From contig CM082586.2 in the NCBI GenBank assembly GCA_040954595.2, positions 5,876,509 through 5,940,508 of the forward strand: a stretch of 64,000 nucleotides of DNA. The letters are read 5' to 3'. The DNA is from Balanoglossus misakiensis. Taxonomy: Eukaryota; Animalia; Hemichordata. Below the pieces are notes generated by a model. It was not told where the DNA came from, searched no databases, and worked only from the letters and a program-made list of their open reading frames with translations. Positions 21,305 through 35,100 of the stretch are shown in pieces (positions within the stretch are counted from its first letter, which is position 1; each line of letters opens with the position of its first letter). Made by a program: the position numbers and the translations under genes.

Positions 21305-24300
21305 ATGAGCGCGGTGGACGACTTTTACAAGGCGGAGGCTGACGCCAAAGCTGCTGCAGCGAAGCTTGTGGCAAATATGCTTCAGGTTGGTTTGTTTGTT
21401 GTCATTTTCAGGACTGACAGTACAGGCCTCTCCTTCCGGGTATACCTCCATGACCCAAGGCCTCTATGAGGGATCACGATCATGATCTCTGCCTCTAGGA
21501 CAGTCCCGGCTGACACTTTCCGAGCAGACCTCCATGGTCATCGGCCTCTAGATATGATGATCGTGTTTTATTACTGTCGTTGCCAGTAGACAGACTCCGT
21601 CCGAACACACGTACCCCCCATGGTCCGAGGCCTGTGTCAGAGATCATGATCTCTGTCTCCGGGTTGTCGGAGCATACCTCCGTTGTCGAAAGCCTCTAGA
21701 GATGACGATCATGTTCTTTGCTCTCTGGGCTAGTCGATAGACTCCGTCCGAACTCACCCCAACGGCTGTCCCTGTGTTTACACCAACAGAAACCTGGACA
21801 GTTAGAGAAAGTTGACCAGTACAGGAGGAGAATTGCCAGAAAGAAGGTAAAACAGAATAGTGATACCAGTTATCTTGCAAATATGCTGCAAATGACAGAA
21901 TGTCATGGACGAAAAACGTATGGTATCCATGATGGAGTTTATATGAATCATACTGTTACTGTTGACAATTGCAAAATAATGTATTCAAGTCTAGGTCATA
22001 ACATGAACGTGACGCATCTGACTACACATGTGATCAGTATTAATTTGACAACTGGTATGTTACTCTGTTTTCTATACAGGCCTCTGTGGAAGCCAGATTG
22101 AAGACGGCTGTCCAATCACAGTTGGATGGAGTCAGAACAGGACTCGGTCAGTTGCAGAGTGCTCTGGAGGATATCAAAGAAATCCGACAAAAGTAAGTCT
22201 TCTGAACCCTTGAAATAAAAGTCTTGGTTACATTACTAAACACTGCTCTGTCCCAGCTCAGCTTACCCTGGAACCTGAACAGACACAATTTTATATTTCC
22301 ATCATACAATTCTTTCTCTGTTGTGTTCGTTCAGTTTGGACGAGGCGGACAAAATGTACAAATCATGTGAAGAGGTTCATTCCAAGTTGACAGACGTCAA
22401 GAGTCAAGGTGCAGAACACAGTCAGGTAAACAAAACTGAAATAGCCTTCCCAACCAAGAAATCAGAACATCTATGTAGAATCTTGCAAATTGCCACACAA
22501 AGCGGAAGGTGGATGTGCCTGCAATTTGAAGAGGTGTCAGTTATTTGGATTTGGACTGAACTATGGTACAGGTAGTGAAAGGGTTAATCTAACATATATC
22601 ATTCGATTAATTCGCAGCTGGCAGCCGCAGTGGAAAACCTCAAACACATATTTACCGTTCCCGAAAGTGTGGCAAAAACAGAGAGTCTGATTGAAGAAGG
22701 GAAATTGTTACAAGCACATAAAAGGTACATCTCAGCCTTCAGTACAAATGTAAATCGTGGGAAGTATACCATTACATGGTAACAGCTGACTGCAATTTGA
22801 TGATGTAATTTTTTGTGACATCAAAAACCTGCCACTTTTGACCACAGCCAAATGCAGTGAGTGTACCATTGTATAAATTAACAGTTTGAATTCCTATAAC
22901 TGTCTCCATATTTTATTTTCAGCCTGATGGACTTAGAAACTTCCAGAGATGATATGCTCTGTGAACTTCATAAGACGCAATCAGAGAGATCATCAAGTGA
23001 ACATGTAAGTTCCAAGATATTCCTTAACTAGAAATTCCAAAAAAGTGATTTTATGATGAGTGCGATGTGCAGTCTTGTTTACATGTTTTATATTGTGGGC
23101 TCACATGTCAATTATGATCACTTTCAGCTGTTGAAGACATATTTTGCAGATGTAGAGAAGTTGTCGGTAAGTATCTTTCGCCAAAACTTTAGAATAACAG
23201 CCTTTCAAATTAAGCCTATTAAGAGAAAAATTGTCCATGTCATCAGCAACATATTTATATGCAGTGTATGACACAGTATGTGGCAGATTTGGTATATACA
23301 AATGTGAAACTAAAACATACATGCTGGATGACAGTTAACGTCAAGACAATAAAACTTGTCATTTTCTTGAACTAATTTCTCTAAGTGATGTTTTGAAGCG
23401 CCGTTTTGAATTCTACCCTTACCTGGGCTTCTGAGTCGTAGTGAATTACGTACATTAGACTGAAAATAAGCGTGTCACTTGAGGGTGCTGTATCTGATAT
23501 CATCTAAATGTGTTCTCTTGCAGGACATGCTGGCAAAGCAGTTGTGGCTTGTACTAAAGCGAACATTAGCTTACGTTCGGAAGGATCCGACACCACTTGT
23601 GACAGCTTTGAGAATCATTGAAAGGGAAGAGAGGTGAGTCATCGGAACAATTTTCAATTAGTGAGAGACTTGTCCATACCTCTTGTCGAAATGATATTGT
23701 TTTATGACTAAACCTGCAATGTTGTCTGGTGTAGAACAAGAAATTGTGTTTGGTTCACAGAACAAAAGGACTGAAAATAAAGCCAACAGTTATAGCTAAT
23801 GTAACATAAAAAAAAAGTATGTGACAATCACGAAGTCTGATGGGGCAGTGTGTATTCATATGTACCATATACTATGTCCTATATACTGCCCTCTAGAGTG
23901 TGACTGTAATTTTGAAATCAGACGATCCATGAGCCAAAGCAGCAGCTCAGTGTAATTTGATTGACCCCAAAATATCTTCCAATTTCCTCTGATATTTGAA
24001 TTCTGACGGATGACTGAAATAACCTTTTATTGCATAATAGCAACTCTCCCTTGTGACGGAAATATCTTAAGACAGAATTGACAAGTATAGACTTTACTCT
24101 TTTACATTTTAAAATAGTGAACAAATTGTTATTCCTGCAATTATTTTACAAATCAAACAAACAAATAAATGAAAATACAATATCACAGTGGAAGACATCT
24201 AAGGCCATATATTTCGAAGGGATACTTATAGTATGCACTGTGTCTGCTGTTTTAAGCATTTTTTTTTTCAGTATATATATTTGCGTGGAGGGGGCTTTGT

Positions 24301-27300
24301 AATAGTGAAATCATGCAAAAATACTCATGGGTCTCGAAGATGTTAGTTGATTGGATTTGTTGAGAACTTGTGAAGGCCGTCTCCGCTCATTTGCAAGCCT
24401 CGACTGCCAAGTGATAACACTGACATCGATAAACTGTTGCCTAATTGATGAACTCGGTGCGATCATGTATGTTTCTTTTCCATTCACATGTGGCTTTATC
24501 CGCGGCAGGATTTCCCATAACCCTCCAGGGGGGGATTACCTGTCAGGTCTTGCAGTGATAAGTTTATGGCTGCTTTTCGCGAGATCAGTCGGAATTTCAG
24601 CCGGAATGGCTAAACTGCTCCGTGGCAATTAAGGGAACATGTTCGGTGATGTGGTTGTCGGCAAACAGACGATAAACCGCGGTAAATTTTTAATAGAAAT
24701 GCAAATTGCATTGCATCATCGGTGTGCAGTGCTATTCATGTCAGATGCGGGGATTTTGACAGCAGGCTGTTGAAATACGGGTGTTGTTGAAAGGACAATT
24801 CAGATGAATCAAAAGATGTGTCCATTAACTTATAATTTATGTTTGATCCTGCGAAAGTGCACTGATTAACAGTTTTCCGGCAATCATCATTTCGTTCTAC
24901 CCAAGAGTTATACAGAGAGTGATTTAAAATTGTGTTTATGAAAATTGAGTAGAAATGTTGAGTTTCTAATAAATCTTGGCATACATTGCTCTAATTTTTA
25001 CCTGACCCCTACACTAAAATAAATGCCGATTCTTCGTCAAAAAAATCGAAATAGTTTGCACAAGACATTGTGTGAGAATGAGCATGAGATCGGCAGTTAA
25101 TTCAAATTGTCATCACCATATTATGAGGCGTTTTTGGGAATTGGTCCCAACATGTAACACAAACGTTTATGGTGCTTTTAACTTGAAGAAATATTTTTTT
25201 TTTTAAAATCTGACGCAATATTTTTTTTCGCAATGTGCGCACCCCTTCTTGAAAAGCATATAGTTTGTTTTCCACGCATGGCTTAATCGTTCTGAAAATA
25301 TTCATTATTATCATTTAAGCTGTATACCCAGCAGTAATCAAATTGCAATTAATTACCCCCATGATGCCAATTTCCTGAATAGATTTGACACAAAGATGTT
25401 GGCATACATGTCATTGTGTATGGCATGATACTCATTAGGCTTAAAATTAGCCCACTCATTGATGGTAATCTAATTATGGTTCACCAACACCCTTTCAATA
25501 TTATAGTCAGCATGTCGGCCATTTTCCACAAAATTAACCTCATATCAGTTTCCACATTTTTTTTCTAAAATTTTGATCACGAATTGTTGTCAAGAGAAAA
25601 ATATTCCCTCTTGGTCTTAAAGGAAAAAAATACAGAAAAATGTGTGAAAATTATGAAAATGTTGCACCGCATTCTAACAGCCGAAAAAGTGGTGTTCAAA
25701 GGGTTACATTTAGCTCACTTATAGTACAGTTATCTAGTTATGGTTCACCGACACTTAACCTTTGCTTACTCATAGAATTGACGCCAAGATGTTGGAACGT
25801 CAGGCTCTGACGGGGTTTCTGCCTCCCGGAAGACCGAAGAAATGGAGAGATGAGTGCTACAAAGTGCTGGAGAACGTCGCTCAAGATAGGTAAAGTATTC
25901 CTGATGCATCCTTCCAGTCAGACACCTTCCTCACCCATTATCTCCACAATCACAAAGAAAAAAAATGTGTCTTTCAATTTTCGCAGAGTTATAATCTCAC
26001 GCAGTGGTTGGCATTTCAGAATTACGTTAATGAGACCTATCGCCTTGACCAAAGACGTCTGGACAGCTGGTTGCTTTAATAGAGTGTATATCTCCGTGAA
26101 AGAAAATAGAAACATCTGTTTTTGCCTGAAGACAATGTCACGTACTTGCTTTCAGCTGCCCAGGCGATTTGCGATCAAGGTTATAAACCCCTATTAGGGT
26201 AATCTACCTGAACTGCTGCGGGGGATTAGATGATATCTTCTTTGTGACGTCATCACTCAAGATTATTATTGAGCTGACACGTCACTGACTGAGATACAAG
26301 GTGATGTTCCGGAAAGATCACGTCAGCTTATAATATGCGAAACAAACGCGCATGAAAAAAACAGGAAATTAATGAATTTTCTTCTGAAAGGTCCCTGTCA
26401 CATACTCGGTATATTCTCATCACCATCAAGCTGGCTGGCCACTTCATCTGTCATTAGGTTTTATTGAATGAGAGTAAAGTATTAAACCTAGATTAGGGCG
26501 GCAGACAGTATTACAAAATGTCAAACGTCTGGATACTTTCTGATCTGATCTGAGGTGGGGAGGACACACTTACGCGGAAGTCTGGGAAAATAGAATTGAC
26601 TTTTTCAATGTCTTTTGTTCAGAATTGAAGGCAATCAGATAGAAGACAGAGAGGGTGAGAAGATGTGGCTGGTGAGACATCTTGAAATTACACGAAGAGT
26701 CATACTCGAAGACCTCAGAGTGGTAAAGGTGAGATATTCAACTCTCTCAAACAATAGTATTCCCTATCCTGCATCTTTGGCTGGGAAATTGAAAGAAAAC
26801 ATTATCAATCAGATATGAAGTATATGTAAGCTGTTCTATCAAAATGCAGTAAAAATGCAATCAAAATTTTTCAGTGCTCAGTTGTTCATGTCCCATGTTT
26901 CTGTTTTCATTAAATCTGTCATACCGGTATACTGCACCTGTCTATAAAGGCCAGTTTAGGAAAGTCCCTTGACTGGTCACTATAGACTAGTTCGACTGTA
27001 AAATTAATCCATACAATGTTTCAAACCTGGTGGTAACATACAGGTATTGTACATGTACTTACATTTCGTAATTACCAAGTAATCTTTCTATCATTTCAGC
27101 TTCTATGTCAGCCATGTTTTCCACCAGCGTACGACATCTTTACGAGGTTTGCGTATATCTATCACAAGTACCTTGCCAAGCATGTAAGTAGGAGTGACCC
27201 AGTGAAGAAGTCAATTTTAGTTCTTCCAAGCTTCTGAGCGAGCAAAATTTGTACCAATATCAAATGTCCACATTTATTAATGTGAAAAAAATAAAATGGA

Positions 27301-30300
27301 TCTTTTTCTCTGGTTTGTAATTCTAGTTGGTAGAGATGATATCTGAAGAGTTGAACGACACAGAGACCGTGACACTGTTGTCCTGGCTAAAGGAGTACGA
27401 GTAAGTCCAGTCAGACATCTAGCCAGTAGTGAACATTGAACTTGAAAGCTAATGGCCGGACACCCCTGCTGAGAAAGTGGTATCACCTTGAATGTTAACT
27501 CAATCACAGAATCTGATATCCGCCATTGATTTGAAGTATCATTATCTTCAAGGAATTGCTGGTATATAATGATGTCTAATCAATAGAGGAAAACTAATCC
27601 GTGATTGATTTCAAGGGGATGCCAGATACATTATCGTAATTATTAGGTCATTACCGTGCAAGTTCAAGATCAAATACCAGTGGTGTTTCACTATTCTCCA
27701 ACCCTTTCACCAACAGTTCCCTCTATAGAAGTCCGACTTCCACATCAACTTTCACACTGTATTCCATGGAAAATGTATGCACGTTTATGCACAGAAAATG
27801 TCATGTGAAACCTTCTTTTCTTTTTCATTGCGTAGAGGGCCACAATTGATGAGGCATCCTGAATTACAAGTTAATCTGGACCAGTTGGGACCACTACTCT
27901 CAGATGACGTTGTTGATTCACTCTTGAACCAGTAAGTCTTACAACCTTTGCATCATTTTAAAATACTTGATTTCACAAATGAGAATGCAAATACGGAAAT
28001 GAACAATAATAACAAATGAAGTAGATTCTGTCATTCAAAATTTAAAAAAAAAATATTTATTTACCATATCTGGATCAAGAGTATCGCTTCAGATCTTACC
28101 GGAACAACATACAGTTGCATATATTCTTATGTTACTTTTTTTCTGTGGTACTATAGTGTGTAGTCTTCCAACTGACTGTCAGGGTGTGCTTACATTCTCT
28201 ATTTGTTTCGTAGGTACATGAAGACAATGCATGAAAATATACAGAAATGGATGCGTAACACATTGGATACAGACATCCAGGTAAAAAAACAACACACATC
28301 ATTTTGATATTCTGGAAGTTCATATTTGTATGGTGTTTAGTTCATTATATTAATGGTGTCAGTACATGTATTAACATAATATGTGGGTGTGGTAGGAAAT
28401 GCAAAACATTAACCCTGATATCCAATTTTCAGTGAATACGCACAAAAATATGCAATACAGAAAAAAATGATGCAGACAATTGTTATGATTCCTTGAAAGT
28501 TTCTACAAGAACAAGGTTGTAGGATTTACGCTTGTAACTGCTGTCTCTTTGCACATTTAATGTTGGTTTCAATTTAATTAGTAATTCCTCCAGGGATCAT
28601 AAATTGAGTTTGTTGTAGGACTTCATTGTCAGCTTGGAATTATGATTGGCATCGCCAGCCCAGTAAATATAATTAATAACATTTAGTCTTCAATAAAGTC
28701 AGTCCGTGAGTCGCGTAATGTGTTCTAGACAATCAATTATTTATGTTGCATTATTGAATTTGAAAATTTATTTTTCCTGACAGGATTGGCACAAAGAAGT
28801 TGAACCAGAGGCTGACGAGAATAATTTCTTCCTGACCCAGTTACCGGTCATCTTGTTCCAGATGATTGAACAAAATGTGAGAAGCGATATTATTTGGATT
28901 ATTTTATTGTCCTTTTCAAAGGTCATTGTGTTTTTCTGTTCATTGAAATGTCAAGTTTGATGGCCTGTTTTTAATTCAAATAATATGGTCTGTTTTTCTA
29001 TTTTTTTTACTAGCTTCAAGTAGCTGCACAGATCGGCAATGATCTGACCAGAAAAGTCCTGAATCTCTGTGTTGATGAAATCAAGTCGTTTGTGAATATG
29101 TACAGAGGTAACTACATGAGACTCAGCCTGTTTTATGAGAACACATTGGAATAATTATGGTCTGGAAAAATAGCTTCTTTGTCTTGCGGAACACCAGTGA
29201 AAGATGTCCCTAACGCTAAATGTATCAAAATTTACGGATACAGTCAAGATTTATAACCCTTTCACCACCATGGTTCAGTCCAAATCCATTGTTTTCTATT
29301 GTACAGTTGGACCTCTAAAGATCGAACTGGGAGGTGAAAGGGTTAATGTTCCTCATGTATGTACTTGTGCGATCTCTCTACCACAGACGCGATAACACAG
29401 TACAAGAACAAACATCTAGAAGACAGAAGTCAACCACGTTACTACATAGAGTACATGGTAAGTGGATATCTACCCTTTCAAGTGGTGATGTGTCAGTAAA
29501 TTCAGGTCTTGTGGTTTAGCAATTTTGTTCTGTCAGTCCCTAAAAGGAAAACCTTGTACAGATACTAATATCATCTGTTACCAGTAAGACAGAATGTCAA
29601 AAATGCTGCTAATAATATTTCTGTGTACAATTTGTAGCAAGAGAGGGTTGATAGTGTATTACCCTAACATGACGTGATAAGGCTATACATTTTTGGTATG
29701 GTTTACATTGGTGTGTTTCTTCCAACTATTATCAGGTTGCCATCATCAACAACTGCCAGAAGTTTATTGTATTCACCAAACAGCTGGAGGTAAGACAGGC
29801 CATGAACACATCAGTTGTATTGTTAGGTCCCATTTGGTATATGTGTATTTACCATTGGGACCTTATGGGATCAGTTGCATCTGTATATGTATATATGTAC
29901 GTATGTCTGTATGTGTCTTTATACTTACCCTCAATCCCTGGACAATCAATAGGACAGTGGAAAACATACAGGGATATATGTATGATTGTTTGACATGAAA
30001 GATTACAATTCATGTGAATAGCTTTCTTTCCCTTTAGCCTGGCATGGTTAGGAATTCAATTTTGAAAGTGGCATGATAATTTTATTTTCAGACACGCTAT
30101 ATGAAGTCTGCATTGGATCAAGAAGGAGGGTCCAGTAACACAAAACATGTCGGTGAAGAATTCAATAAATTGGCTCTTACCAGGTAAACATTTATTACTT
30201 GGCACAACCCTTACACCCCCAGTTCCCTGTTCAGAGGTCCAAATTTACCATAGGAAACAATGGGTTTGGACTGAAGCATGCTGTGGCCATGATGACCCTT

Positions 30301-32180
30301 TGTACAGTCAGATTTTCAATAATAATCATTGTTGTCCTGAAATCTCTCTCTTAACAGTTCTCTTTGCTGTTTTTTTCAGTTATAATGTTCTGTTAGATGA
30401 AGTCTTCTTGGATCTAGAATCACATTTTCTACAACTTCTTACAAGAACTTGGTAAGTTACTAGTCTAATTGTTCACTTAGGTAAGGTTTGCATGGTGGCA
30501 GTTTTGCTATCATTCATCAGGGTATTTTTAAATTCATCAAATGATCTTAATGCAGGTTACAGTTACCAACGTCCAATGCCGTGGACACCATTTGTGCAAC
30601 CATAGAAGATTATCACCATGATTTTCGCCATCTGAAAACTGATTACTTCAACTCATTGATGAGGAATGCTGAAAATAGGGTTATTCTGGGCTATCTGAAG
30701 GCTCTCACAGAAAAGTAAGTACCATTTTAGTCTTGTTTAATTCACAGCTCATGTCATGTACTTCCTGTAAATTGCCTCACATTTTTGCAAGAATGGATTA
30801 GCTTTTTGGGGGATGATTGTCATAAACACATGTGCCAAACCAGAGACACAAGGTTAAAAAAATTGTATACAGTCTATGCTATAAGGCAGTGTGCTGTCTT
30901 AACAGACAAGATGGCGGCGACCATAGTTTGTGTCGGAGATCGAGAAAAAGACAGCAAATTGTGTGAAAGAATGGACAAAACTAAAGTCTACCTAAACGGT
31001 GCTCATGAAATTTGGAAGGAAGTCCACTATTTAAATGCGTCGAATCAAAAATGTGTACAACATTTGGATATTACGTACATTTAACATTTATGCACACCTA
31101 ATTTCGCACATATGCATAAGTCGATCTACTCTTCTGAACCAGTTCAAATTTTCTTGCAGGCGAATTAATTTCAAGAGTTACGAAGAAAGGAAGTCAGCCG
31201 CGGAAAAGATTGAAAAAGAAGCAGATCAAATCGGCCGTCTTTTTGAAAAACTTGCGCCAGAAAATAAACAGGTCTGTGCAGCTTTTCACATGGATAATAA
31301 CATCAGGAAATAATATCTACAATAATTTATTCCCTGATCACTTTCATTTATTTATTTATTTTTGTTTCACAGGAATCCTCTCCATGTCAGCCAATCACCA
31401 TGTTATCAGAGTTCATTAAACTGAAAGATACGTCGATGATGTCCCTGGAAATCTCAGTAAGTGTAACAAGACGACAACAGATATTCCGGGAAATTCCATT
31501 TGTTAAACATGGAAGAAATCCGCCATTTTGAAATTCTGTCGACCACGTTAGAGGCATATCACTAAACCAAGGCATCGAAAATCCATTTATGGTTGTGAGA
31601 ATAAGGGAGGTTTTGATGAAAACCTGCTTATAGTCAAGCGAAACAGAATGCATTTATGTATGTTTTCATGCGTGATTGTTAATTTTTTTATTTTATTTCT
31701 AGACACTAGCTGCCAAATACCCAGATGTCCATCACGAACACATCATTGCGGTGTTGATGACTCGAGGCGATGTCAGCAAATCTGAATCAAAACAGGTATG
31801 CATTTCACGACAGTTTCTGAATAATGAAAAAAAAATTCTTGTGTAATTAGGCTGTCTAATTTGCGATGGATAGATTACTGAAAAGTGATTTACAGAAATT
31901 GGTCTAGGTCAAAGTGAAACACGTCAATTAATTTCCTGCTGTGATAAGAGGTTAATGTTGCTGATGAATTCAAACTTCATTATCTCTTTGCACAGTGTGC
32001 GGTGCTAAATTTCTAGCAATATTATGTGACTCATCAGTGGGGTCAAAGGTCATACCAGTGGTTAACCAGTTGTCTCATTTTCTTTTGCAGTTGGTCGTAG
32101 AGACACTAGGCGAATTCAGTGAAGAGAACAGATCCAATGTTCCCAGAAGCATGTTTTCAAGAGTTCCAGTACCAAAATAA
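21305..32180 (+). CDS. EXOC3: Exocyst complex component 3 (Sec6), 744 aa
   Basis: 25 exons: 21305-21385, 21790-21846, 22080-22192, 22335-22425, 22618-22724, 22923-23004, 23128-23166, 23524-23633, 25776-25889, 26623-26728, 27100-27183, 27327-27400, 27836-27931, 28214-28280, 28784-28876, 29014-29107, 29387-29457, 29736-29789, 30092-30183, 30380-30451, 30556-30714, 31160-31271, 31373-31456, 31703-31795, 32091-32180, total 2235 nt in frame. Sec6 motifs [67 protein letters not shown] at 32533. Confidence 0.95.
21443..21760. repeat. Degenerate higher-order tandem repeat (A-B-A'-B') in EXOC3 intron 1
   Basis: ACC(T/C)CC(A/G)T...GCCT recurs four times. GATCATGATCTCTG is in units 1 and 3, AGACTCCGTCCGAAC in units 2 and 4. 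Perfect 18-bp palindrome CAGAGATCATGATCTCTG at 21638-21655. Confidence 0.75.
25490..25703. mobile_element. Possible piggyBac-like MITE (~215 bp) in EXOC3 intron 8
   Basis: CCCTTT...AAAGGG termini followed by TTA, with an AT-rich interior; TSD degenerate. Confidence 0.4.
29257..29342. mobile_element. ~86-bp piggyBac-like MITE family; other copies or fragments at ~18464-18499, 22546-22587, 27702-27775, 30208-30287, 32206-32294
   Basis: CCCTTTCACC...GGTGAAAGGG termini flanked by ATAA/TTAA. Shared core CCATAG(A/G)AAACAATGG(A/G)T(T/A)TGGAC, present as the reverse complement in the 29257 copy. Confidence 0.8.
30806..31133 (-). mobile_element. Inverted copy of the ~340-bp Kolobok-like MITE (see 54794-55131) in EXOC3 intron 21
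   Basis: Reverse complement aligns by eye along its length with 54794-55131 (CACATGTGCCAAACCAGAGAC, AGACAAGATGGCGGCGAC, AATGCGTCGAA). Confidence 0.75.
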
Positions 32181-35100
32181 TGTACGTAGAGCAACAACCC
32201 AAGGGCACATTCACCCCCAGTTTCCGTTGTAGTGGCCCAGGTTTACCATAGAAAACAATGGATATGGACCAAACCATGGCCGTGAATGGGTTAAATGTAC
32301 CCTGCGTACTGACAGTGTCGATGTGCTGCTCCAACATTCATTGTGTGCTTTTCTGTAGTGATAGTTGGATACGCAGAGGGAGATTGTATCTTGTGTCTCC
32401 CTATATGCTGTTTCATCCAGAGTTTTGTCACGTCGTGACTGATGACAGTAGTGTAATGTTATCATCAAGCCTTATCCATATGGATATTATATTTGGTACT
32501 TATATGTGCAATTGTTTTCCCTTACAACGGATAATAAATATATACAGTAGGCTATTGTGAGCCCTGTAATTATTTTAACCTGATGCATCAATCGTGCATA
32601 CTATAATGCTACCGCCACATAAACTCATCCAAATATCCTGGTAGCAATTTCCTTGGACACACCTTTCATTATTTTCAACTGTGTAATTCCAGAAGCACTC
32701 AAGTGCTTATTAAGTGTGTTACACCAGGAATCGCAAAATCCACATTTTTTCATGTCTGGACACTTGAGAGACAGACATTAATTTCTTTGTCGGTGGAAAA
32801 TGTCTGCATACTAAAGACCAAAATTGTTCACGCATTAGGCATCACACTTCACACGTCATCCACTTCATTTATAGGCGGACATCGCGTCAATGTGGTCGGC
32901 GGTGTCAGAATCATCTTTTGGTATTTCGTCGCGGTTTTGTTCACACGACAGGATCATATCCACTTCGCCTATGTGCCGACGTGTCGAAATGATTCTTCAG
33001 CATTTTTTTTTTGGTCACACCACGAGAATCCACTTCCTTTGTGGGCGGACGTAGTGTGAAAACGGCGTGTCCATGCAGTGCCAAGATAATCTACCGGTAA
33101 AACATTTCGTTAACTTTGTAGGTTTCTCACGTGACCAATTTCAAAATGATGGTACACTAATACGCGCACGAGCGCTTGAACTTGATAGACCCCATACTTC
33201 GCCACCGATTGAAATCGTCATACTCTCAAAAGCAACCGGGAATTCGACAATATTTCTGAAGATTGGATGGAATTTTAAGTAAAGAAAATGCGAGAGGGGC
33301 ACAGCTACGTGGGCATTAACTAATAATTTCTGCACCGGTTGATCAAATTTTTTATGTATGGGTAGGCAGCTGTGCGTCTTTTATTCACGTGTGCTAATGG
33401 TGTACAAAATGATGTCCACTCAAATCGCACTTTTTTTCTGTATAAATGACATCGTGCAGGCCTTAACCAGTGAAATAAATCTGTGGTATTTACCGGAGAA
33501 GACTTACTGACCACTTTTACTTCTGTGCAACATTTTCCATTAAAAAAAACTGTCATATCCACGCGCCATTCAAGGGCCTTTATCCTATACTTCAATCACC
33601 GTGCACATGTTTTCCAAAGGCCCCTGCGCCCGTATAAAAATCCTTAGTGACATCAACGCGATGTGCTTGATTACAAGACAATTCAAAATGATGGCGGCCG
33701 AGTTCTGTGATATATTCTGGGTAATCTAGAAGCCAGGTTTGTTTTCACTAGCATATTAAACAGGATCATTTGAAACGTGAACATATCATGCCACGATTTG
33801 GCATTCATTGTTCGCTCGCAGGAAAAGTAAATGCCTATCTGATTGACATGTATTAATTTCAAAAAGTCATTTTTCCCAAATGCATATAGTATTACACGAA
33901 ATAATAACTATAGGCCCAGTTAATGATGTCACGACACAATTTCTGATTCCACAATGCATATCTGATTGTCATTTGTATTATTTTCGAAAACTCATTTTTT
34001 TCCAAATGTAGAAATCGACGAAATATATATATTATGAGGTCATGACATGCTTTCTCATTCCACAACGAACTCGGAGAGTACGTAGTCAAGCATGAGAAAG
34101 AATCATGTACGCATCAGTTGGTATAGAAGTAATGAAGGAAAATATGTCAAATCATGAAGGTCGGAATCTTTTAATGGACAGAAACTGGTTGTTACGTCTC
34201 AGTATGTCGCAAAAGCTCGTTATCCGTAATTGCTATAGATAGCCAACAACACCTCGCCATTCTGACTCCAGTTCGGAACGGTTTTCATTTTAGGCGTTTA
34301 AGTCACCTATGCAACTTTAGCCACAGTCACCATGGCGAGTTGCAATGAGAGCTAGCCAAAGGCAGAAATTCACGGGCTGGCCACGCGAAAAAGTGCGCCA
34401 CCACGCGGCCATTCGTAAAATTAGACATGCCATTTTCATCATATACGGGCATATGTGATTGCGTGCCTTTAAAATGAGCAGGAAAGCAATTATGATATGC
34501 GTATCTTAAATGTCTGTGCCGTGTCGTCTGTTGCCATATCTACACATTCCTTGCACGCTACTTTTGAAATGCTGAGGGCGATCAAATGTAGCAATCGGAA
34601 CTTAAATCCTCTTTGCGAAAGCCACCATATCCGACGGGCCCCAGGAAAGAATTTCAATTTATGATGCAGCCGCGAATCTGATATCTTAGCACGTCGTCGC
34701 CCCTAGTTCACTATATTACTGTCAATATCTTTCCCATTTTCCAATGCTTTGTTACCCTTCATCATCACAGAAAACGCTGTCCGAGTCAGTCACCGTAATG
34801 GTGTTCTATAAAATCATTCCAGTACATCTTACCTCGATAGCAAGAACGCATTCATCTTCATAATATTTTATGGGGAAAATACGCGACATTTCAGCTTTAT
34901 TGATGAATTTACACATGTATAATATGGTGTATAAAAATCCAATCACAGCATGTGTCACTCTTAAAATATGTGCTATACAATTGCTTTGACAGATTTCACC
35001 ATATTTCGTAACAATTATAATAACTAATATCCGAAAATTGTGGTCTCAAGCCCAAATAAAATGGCGATGTACAATGACATGACTGTAATATTTATCAAAG

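Noticed and set aside
23880-25330. Possible 1.4-kb TIR element in EXOC3 intron 8
   Set aside because: Terminal similarity (TATACTGC versus GCTGTATA) is too weak to define ends or a TSD by eye.
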